Positions 9,983 to 19,786 of a stretch of DNA of 64,000 nt are shown in pieces (position 1 is the stretch's first letter; each line of letters begins with the position of its first letter). This DNA is from a virus. The stretch covers positions 46,249 to 110,248 of the IMG/VR virus record IMGVR_UViG_3300032163_000001; one strand, given 5' to 3'. The translations under genes and the position numbers were made by a program. The notes beneath the pieces were generated by a model that saw only the letters and a program-made list of their open reading frames with translations, had not been told where the DNA came from and ran no database searches.

Positions 9983-10387
9983 ATGTGCAACTTAGTACAC
10001 GAAGAATATAAACCGATTGAAAAATCAGGCTATGCATGGAAACTTTTCTCAAAAAATCTCCATGGAAATTTAGTCCAATTGTTTTCTAGAGAACTGTATA
10101 AGAAAGAAGATTCAGGATGGATTTTCTGGAACGATAGATATGGTTCTTATGGATCTACTGGAGATGGATTTTGTGCTTTTGCAAGCAAAGAAGAAGCAGA
10201 ACGAGCACTTCAAGATTTACAAAGAGGCATAACTGTTGGTGAATATTCAGATGCTACACTTCGAGAAATTCAGTATGAAGGAGGTCTTGCTTTACAAAAG
10301 GAACCTAGAATGGTATGTGGAAAAGTTTATGAAACAATAATAATTAGGAGGTTTAAGATCATTGAACAAGGAGAAGAAAATGGATAA
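9983..10387 (+). CDS. hypothetical protein
   Basis: Internal ATG with a strong RBS (AAAGGAGAG) is preferred over the ATG at 9908 given in the ORF track. Confidence 0.4.
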   Translation: MCNLVHEEYKPIEKSGYAWKLFSKNLHGNLVQLFSRELYKKEDSGWIFWNDRYGSYGSTGDGFCAFASKEEAERALQDLQRGITVGEYSDATLREIQYEGGLALQKEPRMVCGKVYETIIIRRFKIIEQGEENG

Positions 10388-11414
10388 GGTCCATATAGTT
10401 AGCTGGTTGCTAACTCGCAGGTGCAATCTTCACTGTTCATATTGTAGGATTTCTAGAAATTACAAGAAGTTTCCCCAAGCATACCCAAATTTAAAACACT
10501 ATGAACAAGATGAGATGAAAACTGAAGATATAATAGAAGCTCTTAAGAAATTGAAACAACACAATTCAAATGCTTTTCATATCTTCTACGGAGGTGAACC
10601 ACTTCTGAGGACTGATTTACCCCAAATAATTAATTTCTGTAACAAAGAAGAAATTAATTATACTATCATCACTAATAATAGTGATGAAGTACAAGGAGCT
10701 ATTGATGACTTATTTTTGAAGACAGATTACGTCACAGGATTAACTTCGTCAGTAGATCCAATTATAGTATCTGGAGAAAATATAACTACAGATCAGTACA
10801 AGAAAAGTGTTAAAGCTTTAGAAAGGTTTACTAAACTTAGAAGTGTAATTAAAGACTTGGTTGCAGAAATTACAGTTGATCGGGATTCAATTAATTGTTT
10901 GTATGACCTTGTAAAGATGTTAACAGATCTTGGAGTGAATAGTGATATAACAGTTATTGATATTGCTAAATCAGATTTCTATGATTTTTCAAATGTTACA
11001 GATAAGAATATTTTAGTTCCAAAGTCTCCACAAGTTTACGAAATCTTTCATAAGATAATCGATGATAAATTAGATGTTCATATGAAAGGTATCCTTTTAG
11101 ATAAAATATATGAAATATTACCGTCAGAACTAGATTGTAAGATTGAGAAAGATGTTCATAACTTAACAGTAGATGCTGATGGAAGTATTAGATTATGTTT
11201 AAGGATCAGGGGTATTTTTACTCCAGCTCATTTTAATATCGAAAACTTTGTGTTAGATTCTGGAGAACTCCACCCTGGTTTAAAACTTAGTTTAGCAAGA
11301 GATAAGAGAATGAGTTGTAGAAATTGTAACTGGTCGTGTATTATTATGAGTCAAATTATTTCTCATACTGAAAGTTATAATGATTTATTACTTCATACTG
11401 AGAAGAGAAATTAA
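10362..11414 (+). CDS. radical SAM enzyme (possible SPASM-like C-terminal Cys cluster)
   Basis: CNLHCSYC (Cx3Cx2C) near the N-terminus, FYGGEPLL glycine-rich SAM motif, C-terminal CRNCNWSC. Confidence 0.65.
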   Translation: MNKEKKMDKVHIVSWLLTRRCNLHCSYCRISRNYKKFPQAYPNLKHYEQDEMKTEDIIEALKKLKQHNSNAFHIFYGGEPLLRTDLPQIINFCNKEEINYTIITNNSDEVQGAIDDLFLKTDYVTGLTSSVDPIIVSGENITTDQYKKSVKALERFTKLRSVIKDLVAEITVDRDSINCLYDLVKMLTDLGVNSDITVIDIAKSDFYDFSNVTDKNILVPKSPQVYEIFHKIIDDKLDVHMKGILLDKIYEILPSELDCKIEKDVHNLTVDADGSIRLCLRIRGIFTPAHFNIENFVLDSGELHPGLKLSLARDKRMSCRNCNWSCIIMSQIISHTESYNDLLLHTEKRN

Positions 11415-11415
11415 A

Positions 11416-12021
11416 ATGATAATTTATAAAACTACAAATTTAATTAATGGAAAGATTTACGTAGGTCAAGACTCTAAAAATAATCCAAGATATTTAGGGT
11501 CTGGAGTTTGGTTAAATAGAGCGATTGAAAAGTATGGTAAAGAGAACTTTAAGAAAGAAGTTATAGATTTAGCAGAATCTAAAGAAGAACTCAATGAGAA
11601 AGAAAAATATTGGATTAAATTTTATAATTGTAAAGTACCATTTGGTTATAATCTAACAGATGGAGGAGAATCACCTGCTGGGTATATTTTTACTGAAGTT
11701 CAGAGACAAAATCTGAGTAAAGCAAAGAAAGGAAAACTTTCTGGAAGAGAAGGGAAGAAAAATCCAGGTCAATCATTAAGAATGAAACAAAATAATCCAG
11801 CTAAAAGACCAGAAGTAAGAGAGAAACTTGGTAGGTCTGGGAAAGATAATCGAAGATTTGGAACGCACCGATCTAAGGAAGAAAAAGAATTAATTAGTAA
11901 ACGTACAAAAGAAGGTATGGATAATCCCCAAGTAAAAGAAAAGTTAAAGAAGTCTAAGTCTATAGAACATAAGAGAAAAATAAGCGAAACAATGAAGAAG
12001 AGAAAACCCCATACACTCTAG
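11416..12021 (+). CDS. GIY-YIG homing endonuclease
   Basis: MIIYKTTNLINGKIYVGQ...YLGSG (GIY-YIG). Basic NUMOD-like C-terminal repeats. Start immediately after the radical SAM stop. Confidence 0.75.
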   Translation: MIIYKTTNLINGKIYVGQDSKNNPRYLGSGVWLNRAIEKYGKENFKKEVIDLAESKEELNEKEKYWIKFYNCKVPFGYNLTDGGESPAGYIFTEVQRQNLSKAKKGKLSGREGKKNPGQSLRMKQNNPAKRPEVREKLGRSGKDNRRFGTHRSKEEKELISKRTKEGMDNPQVKEKLKKSKSIEHKRKISETMKKRKPHTL

Positions 12022-12071
12022 TAAGAGACAATATGATTAATAAAGAATCTGTGAAAAAAGGAGGAATAGAA

Positions 12072-12602
12072 ATGAGAAAAATTCTTGAAATACTACTGGT
12101 TGTAATGTTTAGTATTTCTGCTATTGTTAAAAAACATAGACAACTTTTTGTACTTGTATTAGGTATTTTGATCGGAATTTTTATTTACAATTTGTATATT
12201 AATAGTAAGGTTGTAAAAATAGAACCAGTTAAAAAAGAAGTGGTACAACCAAAAGTACAACCAGTAATTAAACAACCAGAAGTTACAAAACCAAAAGAAG
12301 TATCTAAACCGAAGATAAAACCAACTATTTTGAAAGCTACTGAAAAAAATGGAGTGTGGAGTATAAAGTTAAATAAAGCTGCAGTTGATATGGTTAAAAA
12401 TAAAGGTTTAAAAGTTAGACTTCAAATTGGATATTGTTACTATGAATCAGATCAGTTACAAGGTGATACTATTCAAATAGAACCTGAATGGCATCCACCT
12501 TTATCTCAAAATAAAGTGGTTGCTGGTCTTTGGATGCCAAAAACTGGTTCTTCACATGAAATAGGAGATGGTTATTATTTGATGTCTGAGAGACTACCTT
12601 AG
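12072..12602 (+). CDS. membrane protein with Pro/Lys-rich repeats
   Basis: TM helix followed by PKVQPVIKQPEVTKPKEVSKPKIKP repeats. ATG with RBS AAGGAGGAATAG preferred over 12033. Confidence 0.45.
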   Translation: MRKILEILLVVMFSISAIVKKHRQLFVLVLGILIGIFIYNLYINSKVVKIEPVKKEVVQPKVQPVIKQPEVTKPKEVSKPKIKPTILKATEKNGVWSIKLNKAAVDMVKNKGLKVRLQIGYCYYESDQLQGDTIQIEPEWHPPLSQNKVVAGLWMPKTGSSHEIGDGYYLMSERLP

Positions 12603-12616
12603 GAGGTGACAAGAAA

Positions 12617-12724
12617 ATGCATATAGATAAGTGTACAAATCATGCAGGTTGGTTCCTAAGCCATTTAGGTTGGTTTATTGTGATAACTGTTTTGATATTG
12701 ATTGCCTTTGTCACCATTAGATAG
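12617..12724 (+). CDS. putative small membrane peptide (35 aa)
   Basis: AGGAGGTG RBS 8 nt upstream. Single hydrophobic helix. Not in the ORF track (below its length cut-off). Confidence 0.25.
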   Translation: MHIDKCTNHAGWFLSHLGWFIVITVLILIAFVTIR

Positions 12725-12734
12725 GAGGTGAAAA

Positions 12735-13472
12735 ATGAGAGTTGAAGAAAGAGCTTTAACAGCAAAGTATAACCTTTATCAAAAAGTTGGAATTGAGAAT
12801 ACTATTACTAAAGATATGTTGAAAGATACTATTTGCAAAACTGGATTAGTTCCAACATCGCGTGTAATTAAATCTGTTATTGCGTATATGAGAGACCATA
12901 GACATTTAGGAGAACGGAATGAAAAGTACTATATAATCTATAGAAAGAAGGATAAAGCAAATCCAAAAAGTATCTCTAACTTACTTGAAAAGAAAGCAGA
13001 TATAAACTATTTTGTATCTAAACAAGGTTTATTTGATGACGACTATATTTATCCTGTTTTATTCAATAAGCTTGTTGAAAGTGTTCGAAAACTTAAATCT
13101 CATTTAAAAGAAAAAGGGGAATGTCTGATAAAATTTCAGACAATATCAGAGGAGGTTAAAATGGCAGACAATGTAATTCAATCAGCAATTGATTTCTTAA
13201 AGAAAGTAAAGTCTGAGGATTTCGTTACTATTAGGTTTCAGAAGAAAGATGGAACAATGAGAGTAATGAAATGTACTTTGAAATTCGATACAATTCCTGA
13301 TGGTGATAAACCTAAATCTCTGGATCTTCCAGAGATACTAAAATTGATCGATAAGAATATTCTTCATGTTTATGATATTGAGAAGAAAGCTTGGAGAAGT
13401 GTTCTATTCGATAAAGTACAATGGTTAGATACTCCTACTAAAGAAAGATTTTTTGTTAAGAAGAAAGTTTAG
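12735..13472 (+). CDS. hypothetical protein
   Basis: 245-aa ORF with RBS AGGAGGTG. Confidence 0.45.
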   Translation: MRVEERALTAKYNLYQKVGIENTITKDMLKDTICKTGLVPTSRVIKSVIAYMRDHRHLGERNEKYYIIYRKKDKANPKSISNLLEKKADINYFVSKQGLFDDDYIYPVLFNKLVESVRKLKSHLKEKGECLIKFQTISEEVKMADNVIQSAIDFLKKVKSEDFVTIRFQKKDGTMRVMKCTLKFDTIPDGDKPKSLDLPEILKLIDKNILHVYDIEKKAWRSVLFDKVQWLDTPTKERFFVKKKV

Positions 13473-13494
13473 TGAATGGAGGAAAATGTGAGAT

Positions 13495-14202
13495 ATGCGA
13501 ATAGTGAAAAATGTAATTGGGACACTCGAAATAGATTCGAATTCGAAAACGGTTTATGTAAACTCTTTAGATAAATGTCTTCTAAGATTAACGAAACTAA
13601 AATTCTTGAATTTTAATGAGAAATTTTCAACGCTAGATGGCTCTGTTGATGAGGGAGTCTCTTTTATTCAAGATCCGTTAAGTCCACAAACAGAAACGGA
13701 AAAAGTACTTCCTAGAATTATTTCTCTAGTTAGTTTTCTACTATTTGTAATAAATAGTGGAAAAGTCTCTAACGTTGATAAATTTCTTTTAGATTTTCAA
13801 AAGCAGTTGAAGAAAACATTTTGTAAGAATATGGAGGCTGAAAAGGCAATGACAATTTTAAGTGACCTTCTTAATGAAATGAAAAGCAATGATGAAGATG
13901 AGATTTTAAGGAAGATTTGTGATAAGATATCTGAACAAGAACTAAAAGGTTTACATAGTACTTTTTTACCAGTTGGTCCAAATGTTTTCTTAGCTTTAGA
14001 GTGTCCGGGAGATTTTCAAAGATATAATTTTCTGTGTATAGAACGAGAAGAGAAAAATACGTTTATTATTTCCCATTGGACACGTTTAAAGAAAGAGTCT
14101 GCAGTTACAAAGCGGTCTAAAGTATGGGAATGTAAGGGAATGTTAAACCGAGAAATTGTGGAAATGTATCTAGAAAAACTTAAGTTTTTAAGAGGAAACT
14201 AA
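13495..14202 (+). CDS. hypothetical protein
   Basis: 235-aa ORF. Confidence 0.4.
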   Translation: MRIVKNVIGTLEIDSNSKTVYVNSLDKCLLRLTKLKFLNFNEKFSTLDGSVDEGVSFIQDPLSPQTETEKVLPRIISLVSFLLFVINSGKVSNVDKFLLDFQKQLKKTFCKNMEAEKAMTILSDLLNEMKSNDEDEILRKICDKISEQELKGLHSTFLPVGPNVFLALECPGDFQRYNFLCIEREEKNTFIISHWTRLKKESAVTKRSKVWECKGMLNREIVEMYLEKLKFLRGN

Positions 14203-14223
14203 AGTTACAAAGGAGGTAAAGTT

Positions 14224-17001
14224 ATGGATGGTTTGGATCAAGTAATATCTGTAATGCCAGGTCCAGTTAGAGAATATCTAAGAGAGCTTGGAATCTCTGA
14301 AACAGAAGAGGAAGATTTACGTGAGGAAGAAGCACCACGAGCAGTAGATCAAAATGGAGAAGAAATAAAAGAAGTAAAAGAAATAGAAGAAGAACTTTGC
14401 GAGAGGTATTCTCATCAATTAGTTATTGACGAAAGATTTACAAGCTTAGTTCAAGTACACTCACCAACCGGAATAAGATCAGCTTATAAACCAGTTAAGA
14501 AAATCTTCACTGCATTTACAAAAGATATTTCGTCTTATATAGGAGGAAATTTAGAGACTTTTGAGTTGCTACCAAGAAACATAAGATTTTATGTTTCAAG
14601 AAGAGATATTAACTTATTCATAATAGAAGACGAACCATGTATTAGAACAATTAGAACGAATCAAAGATTTGAGAGTACAATAGAAAATTTGAGACTAACA
14701 GGAAAGTCGAAAGAATTTGGATACGAAAATTTCTTACAAGATATGAGTTTTGTAGAAGAGAGAAAAGCAAGTTTACGATCAGATGAAAGTGAAAGAGAAC
14801 GTGATACACTTGTTTCTGGAGAGACTATATATAGATTTAATTTATCTTTTCCTTATATAGTTTATATAGTTTCACAATTTGAAACAACTTATTTTGGCTT
14901 ATCAATCTATTATAGAACAAGTCCACTAACAGATTTAAAAGATTTACTTTTTAAGTGTAATCTTCTTAATATTGATGGTCGTGATGTATGTTGTTTAGGT
15001 ACTTTTAGTGTTCCAGCAAAGTTACCAATTAGTGAGAAAGTATCAATAGTAATTGGTCAGTTTTGGAACAGTATATTTAATACAGAGATTACAGAAAATT
15101 TTAGACTATATAGAGATAATCCACATCTTTGCACATTTTTACATTGGCAACACTATAGTCAAACTGATCCTTCGTTTATTTTAAGTGAGAATTTTATTCC
15201 AGTTTCTGAATCTCATCCGGATTTAAAATCTGTTATAGAATCTAAATTCTCAAGTTCGATGAACGATGAAGAAATAACTCATAATTCTATTGTTAGACTT
15301 TTACATTCTGATTGTTTACCAGCACTAGGAAAAGTTCAACGAAATTTGTTAGTTAGTGCATCACAAATGATAGTAGATGCAGATAATGGAATTACCTTAG
15401 ATTGTGGAGAAGAAATAGTCGTTGACGAAAAGAAATACTATATAGTTAACTTTTTAGCAAGTGGTGTGGGATCAGTAGTACAGCAAATAATAACCGAAGA
15501 TGAAGATCATAATATGAAGAAGTTTAAAGTAACTAGAAAACTAGTAGAAGAATTGATTAAAGGTATTAGAAGTAAAGATCATTTAGAATCTTGTGAAGTT
15601 TCAGGAAAACAAGTAAAGACTGGTGATTTAATTAATTTCCCAGAAGAAAAGCGTTTTAGTACTATTTCTAAACTTCTTAAGGATAGAGATGGAACAGTAC
15701 TTGCTAAATGTGGAAGAGACTTCTATATTCTTGACAACATTAAGTTTAATACAATGACTGAAAATGAAATAACAATTAATGGTGTAAAGCTTCAAAAGAA
15801 AGAAAAATATTTTATTTCTAGAGCGCGGATATATCTGCCAAATCTTCTTGAGGGAGAATTTAATTTAAGAACTTTTGAAGGACTAGGAAATGCTGGAGTT
15901 GATGAAATGGTTTTTAAATTTTCTGGTAACTATAATTTTAGCTTAGATGAAATGTATCGGTACCAATTTTTCAATGAAAGTTCAGTAGAAGAGTTATTAA
16001 TAAGTAGATATGGAATCAAATTATTTGAAAAAGGTTATAGAATTAAAAACAGTTGTTTATATGTTTCTGATCGTGGCGCTACATTAAGACCGGCTACAGT
16101 AAGAGAACAATCTGAAAGGATTGTACAAGAAAAGAGGTTATTCATTCCAAGTTTTGATTTTGATATAGACTTTAAAATTGGAGATAAAGTAATCGTAGCG
16201 AACTGGTCAAAACCTGAATCAATTTGTTGCATCCAAACTATAACAGATTTTGAGAAGTCAGATCAAAATGTAGTTAGTATAGTTACTGTTGATGATTCTG
16301 GAAATGTAACAAAAACAAAGTATATAGATTTTAATCGATCAACTATATTTACTGGGAGTATCAGAAAAATATCATCGGAGTTTGCTGGAATAAAGTCTGG
16401 TTTTAAAATGATTGCGAAAACGAAAGTTAGTAATTTCCTAAAGAAAGATTGTCACCAAGTGATTGGATTTTTAACAGACACTCCAAACGGTATTCCATTA
16501 ATGTTGTGTTCAAACCTATCTACACTTTGGGCTACAGAAGACAATCTTAATAATTTTAACTTTTTAGATCCTTCAAGTAGAACTTTTCTTAAATTTAGAG
16601 TTTCTCCTTTGGACATTAGTAATATCAAAATACAACCGGGTGATTTGGTCTGTTCAATGAAGTCTGCTAATTGTTGCACGACTAATATTTTCTTTGCATT
16701 GAATAGAATTTTCAAGACAGTAGCTGTTTTGAGGTGTCAAGCTAATTATAGTTTCTGTAGGTGTCCAGAAATTGCGAGAGCAAGTCATTCTCTATATGGA
16801 ATACCAAATCCAAGATTTACTATCAAACGTGGATTAGAAGAAGAAGGATTTGAAAGGTTAGATGTAGTTCCAAGTTTTTATAATACATATATAAAGAATA
16901 ATAGTGAACATAGAAATCTAATGCCTATTTGGGTAAGAAAGGAGGAAATATTTAATGTTCCCAATTTACTTAATGGACAAGAAAAAAGTTGTGGTAAATG
17001 A
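14224..17001 (+). CDS. large hypothetical protein (925 aa), immediately upstream of and overlapping the JAB gene
   Basis: RBS AAGGAGGTAAAG. Acidic N-terminus. No motif I can name. Confidence 0.5.
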   Translation: MDGLDQVISVMPGPVREYLRELGISETEEEDLREEEAPRAVDQNGEEIKEVKEIEEELCERYSHQLVIDERFTSLVQVHSPTGIRSAYKPVKKIFTAFTKDISSYIGGNLETFELLPRNIRFYVSRRDINLFIIEDEPCIRTIRTNQRFESTIENLRLTGKSKEFGYENFLQDMSFVEERKASLRSDESERERDTLVSGETIYRFNLSFPYIVYIVSQFETTYFGLSIYYRTSPLTDLKDLLFKCNLLNIDGRDVCCLGTFSVPAKLPISEKVSIVIGQFWNSIFNTEITENFRLYRDNPHLCTFLHWQHYSQTDPSFILSENFIPVSESHPDLKSVIESKFSSSMNDEEITHNSIVRLLHSDCLPALGKVQRNLLVSASQMIVDADNGITLDCGEEIVVDEKKYYIVNFLASGVGSVVQQIITEDEDHNMKKFKVTRKLVEELIKGIRSKDHLESCEVSGKQVKTGDLINFPEEKRFSTISKLLKDRDGTVLAKCGRDFYILDNIKFNTMTENEITINGVKLQKKEKYFISRARIYLPNLLEGEFNLRTFEGLGNAGVDEMVFKFSGNYNFSLDEMYRYQFFNESSVEELLISRYGIKLFEKGYRIKNSCLYVSDRGATLRPATVREQSERIVQEKRLFIPSFDFDIDFKIGDKVIVANWSKPESICCIQTITDFEKSDQNVVSIVTVDDSGNVTKTKYIDFNRSTIFTGSIRKISSEFAGIKSGFKMIAKTKVSNFLKKDCHQVIGFLTDTPNGIPLMLCSNLSTLWATEDNLNNFNFLDPSSRTFLKFRVSPLDISNIKIQPGDLVCSMKSANCCTTNIFFALNRIFKTVAVLRCQANYSFCRCPEIARASHSLYGIPNPRFTIKRGLEEEGFERLDVVPSFYNTYIKNNSEHRNLMPIWVRKEEIFNVPNLLNGQEKSCGK

Positions 17002-17899
17002 TGACATTTACTATTTAGTTGCAAAAAATGGAGTCTTTGTAAAGAAGAAACTAGGTCTTATTGAAAGTTTAACTCCAGTTGATGGAATACCATTTTTAGC
17101 GGGAACTGCTGTTCCTTATGCAAAAATGACAATTCCAAAAATTCCGAAAGAGATATTTTGTAAGATCTTATCTTTCTTTAGAAAAATTTATAGTTTATAT
17201 GAATCAGAATGTGAAGTATTTCTTCTTTATAATAGTTCAAAACAGAAGTTTAAAATAAGAGTTCCATATCAAAAAGTTTCGTATGCTGGTTGTGAAGCTG
17301 TAAGGATGGGGTCTCCAAAAGACTACGCAATAATTTGCTCCATCCATAGTCATTCAAATTTTTCTGCTTTTCATTCTGGGACAGATATTGATGATGAGGA
17401 ACATTTTGAAGGACTACATATTACGATCGGATATGTACCTGATCTAGAATTTAGTGCAGTCGCTTCTATTGTTTCTAACAAAAAAAGATTTAAAGTTAAT
17501 CCATTAGATTATATTGAAGGTTTAGTTCAAACATCTAATCAACGACGAGCTTTATATGCAGTATCTGGTTCGGATCAAATTGAGTTTGATCCAGAATGGC
17601 TGAAATTTGTTGAAAGAAAGTATCCAATGTTTGTACGTAACCAATTAGGATCACCATTTTATAGTTATGGACAATTTACATCAATTATGGATATTAAAGA
17701 TCTAATTAGCGATGTAAAAAATGAAAAAGGTACAAAAGTTAAAACAGCGACTTATAGACAGAATGATCCATGTTTAGTATGTCCATTTAAGAAAGAAACT
17801 CCTGAAGATGAGAAACTACTGAAAGAAAAATTTAGAGTAACTCCGGAAGAAGAACTTACTATAGATGAAGATTTATTTCCGGAGTATTATGGGATGTAA
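16955..17899 (+). CDS. JAB/MPN+ (JAMM) metallopeptidase
   Basis: ECEVFLLY (conserved Glu) followed by HSHSNFSAFHSGTDID, an exact HxHx7Sx2D JAMM motif. RBS AAGGAGGAAATA. Confidence 0.7.
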   Translation: MFPIYLMDKKKVVVNDDIYYLVAKNGVFVKKKLGLIESLTPVDGIPFLAGTAVPYAKMTIPKIPKEIFCKILSFFRKIYSLYESECEVFLLYNSSKQKFKIRVPYQKVSYAGCEAVRMGSPKDYAIICSIHSHSNFSAFHSGTDIDDEEHFEGLHITIGYVPDLEFSAVASIVSNKKRFKVNPLDYIEGLVQTSNQRRALYAVSGSDQIEFDPEWLKFVERKYPMFVRNQLGSPFYSYGQFTSIMDIKDLISDVKNEKGTKVKTATYRQNDPCLVCPFKKETPEDEKLLKEKFRVTPEEELTIDEDLFPEYYGM

Positions 17900-17900
17900 A

Positions 17901-18566
17901 ATGATTATCTATAAGGTCCAAAACAAAGTTAATGGTAAGATTTATATTGGACAAACTAAGTTTACGTTAGAAGAGAGAATTTTATACCATTTAAAAGTCG
18001 GAGATAGTCCAGCTTTTCATAATTCGATTAAAAAATATGGAATAGAAAATTTTGAAATTTCTATTATAGATTCAGCAAAAACTAAAGAAGAACTTAATGA
18101 CAAAGAAAAATACTGGATTAAGTTTTATGATTCTAATAATCGTATAAAAGGTTACAATTTGACAGATGGAGGTGATGGATTTAGCGGTTACGAATTTTCT
18201 GGAGAAAATAATCCAATGTACGGAAAACATCATTCAGAAGAAACTAAAGAAAATATTAGAAAAAGTAGACTTGGAAAACGTTTGCCTGATGAAGTAAAAG
18301 AGAAAATAAGGAGATCTATGACTGGAAAGAAGTTTCCAGAACATTCAAACATGATGAAAGGAGAAAATAACCCAGCGAAAAGATTAGAAGTAAGAGACAA
18401 AATAACTAAAGCTAAAACTGGAAAGTCAAATACGAAGATTGTAGGAGAGAATAATCCAACTAAAAGACCAGAAGTAAGGAAAAAAATTAGTGAATCATTA
18501 AAAGGAAAACCTTCTGGAACTAAAGGGAGACATTGGAAATGGAGACAAAAACTCAAAGGATTGTAA
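17901..18566 (+). CDS. GIY-YIG homing endonuclease with NUMOD3 repeats
   Basis: MIIYKVQNKVNGKIYIGQT. NPMYGKHHSEETKENIRKS plus further basic repeats. Begins 2 nt after the JAB stop and overlaps the E1 start. Confidence 0.75.
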   Translation: MIIYKVQNKVNGKIYIGQTKFTLEERILYHLKVGDSPAFHNSIKKYGIENFEISIIDSAKTKEELNDKEKYWIKFYDSNNRIKGYNLTDGGDGFSGYEFSGENNPMYGKHHSEETKENIRKSRLGKRLPDEVKEKIRRSMTGKKFPEHSNMMKGENNPAKRLEVRDKITKAKTGKSNTKIVGENNPTKRPEVRKKISESLKGKPSGTKGRHWKWRQKLKGL

Positions 18567-19264
18567 TTTGCGGACTGGGAGGAATCGGTTCTATACTTTC
18601 AGAACATGTATCAAGATTTTTAAACTATAATAAATCGTCAATATTTGAGGTATTATTAGTTGATGGGGATAAGTATAAACCAAAAAATCTAGAAAGACAA
18701 GACTTTATTACATTTGGAAATAAAGCAGAAATAAAGAAAAATGAACTGGGTAGTAAGTTCCCAAATATGATATTTGAAAGTTTCCCAAAATTTGTAAATA
18801 AAGAAGTAGTTAAAGATATAATTAAAGAAAAAGATATAGTTCTTCTATGTGTAGATAATCATAAAACAAGAAAAATCGTTTCAGATTATTGTTCTGATAT
18901 AAATGATATAGTTTTAATTTCTGGCGGAAACGATTTATTAAATGGCAATATTCAATTGTTTGTGAAAAAAAATGGAGAGAAACTACTTCCAAATTTGACA
19001 GATTATCATAGAGAAATACAAAATCCAGAAGATAAATCTCCAGAAGAAAAAAGTTGTCAAGAGTTAGCAGAAAGTGAACCACAATTGTATTTTACAAATT
19101 TAATGGTCGCGTCTTTTATGTGTGCATCTCTCTACAACGTTCTAGACGAAAGGTACACTTATTCAGAAGTTTATTTTGATATTACAACTATGAAAGCAGA
19201 CTCTAAAATTAGAAAAGTAAAAGAACAGAAGAAAAACTTTATCGAAGCTAGCGTTAGAATATAG
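18533..19264 (+). CDS. ThiF/MoeB-type E1-like adenylyltransferase
   Basis: RIVICGLGGIGS...LLVDGDKYKPKNLERQ (Rossmann fold plus NLxRQ arginine finger). DIVLLCVDNHKTR matches the E1 D-x-D-N motif. Confidence 0.7.
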   Translation: MEMETKTQRIVICGLGGIGSILSEHVSRFLNYNKSSIFEVLLVDGDKYKPKNLERQDFITFGNKAEIKKNELGSKFPNMIFESFPKFVNKEVVKDIIKEKDIVLLCVDNHKTRKIVSDYCSDINDIVLISGGNDLLNGNIQLFVKKNGEKLLPNLTDYHREIQNPEDKSPEEKSCQELAESEPQLYFTNLMVASFMCASLYNVLDERYTYSEVYFDITTMKADSKIRKVKEQKKNFIEASVRI

Positions 19265-19347
19265 TACTAAAATATCAAGGAAAAGGAGGTGAAAAATAGT
19301 TTCTATTTATCTTTCTCAAAAATTCTTAATAAAAGGAGATTATTGTT

Positions 19348-19773
19348 ATGGCATCTTATGAAGAAAGAACTGTTGCAGAACTTAGGGGAATTTGTCGTGA
19401 AAAAGGAATTCCTGGAATGTCGAAGGCTAGAAAAGATGATATTATAGAAGCTTTGAGAAGTCGCAAAGGATCATCTACACCTCGAGACAAAAAAGAAAAA
19501 ATTATAACTGAATTACATTCTTCTATCTTTAGATCTGATGGTCGTATTAGTAAGGTTGAAACTACAGTTCATGTGTCTGCTGGTGCAGCAAGTTTTAATC
19601 AACCTTTAGTTGGAAAGAATGTTGGACAGGCTGCAGAAATTTACAAACATATACTTAATGTTGATCCGCTAGAGATTAATGCTCTAGTTAATGGTAGAGC
19701 TGTCGAATCAGATTATGTTTTGAGATCTGGAGATAACCTTGAGTTTCTGAAACCTGCTTCAAGAAAAGGATAG
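19348..19773 (+). CDS. candidate ubiquitin-like modifier: Rho-N/SAP-like N-domain plus ThiS/MoaD-like beta-grasp ending in Gly
   Basis: N-terminal TVAELRGICREKGIPGMSKARKDDIIEAL (Rho_N-like). C-terminal INALVNGRAVESDYVLRSGDNLEFLKPASRKG* follows the ThiS pattern (N..V.R...L.DGD.I), with a terminal Gly. Confidence 0.45.
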   Translation: MASYEERTVAELRGICREKGIPGMSKARKDDIIEALRSRKGSSTPRDKKEKIITELHSSIFRSDGRISKVETTVHVSAGAASFNQPLVGKNVGQAAEIYKHILNVDPLEINALVNGRAVESDYVLRSGDNLEFLKPASRKG

Positions 19774-19786
19774 AAAAATAGTAAAA

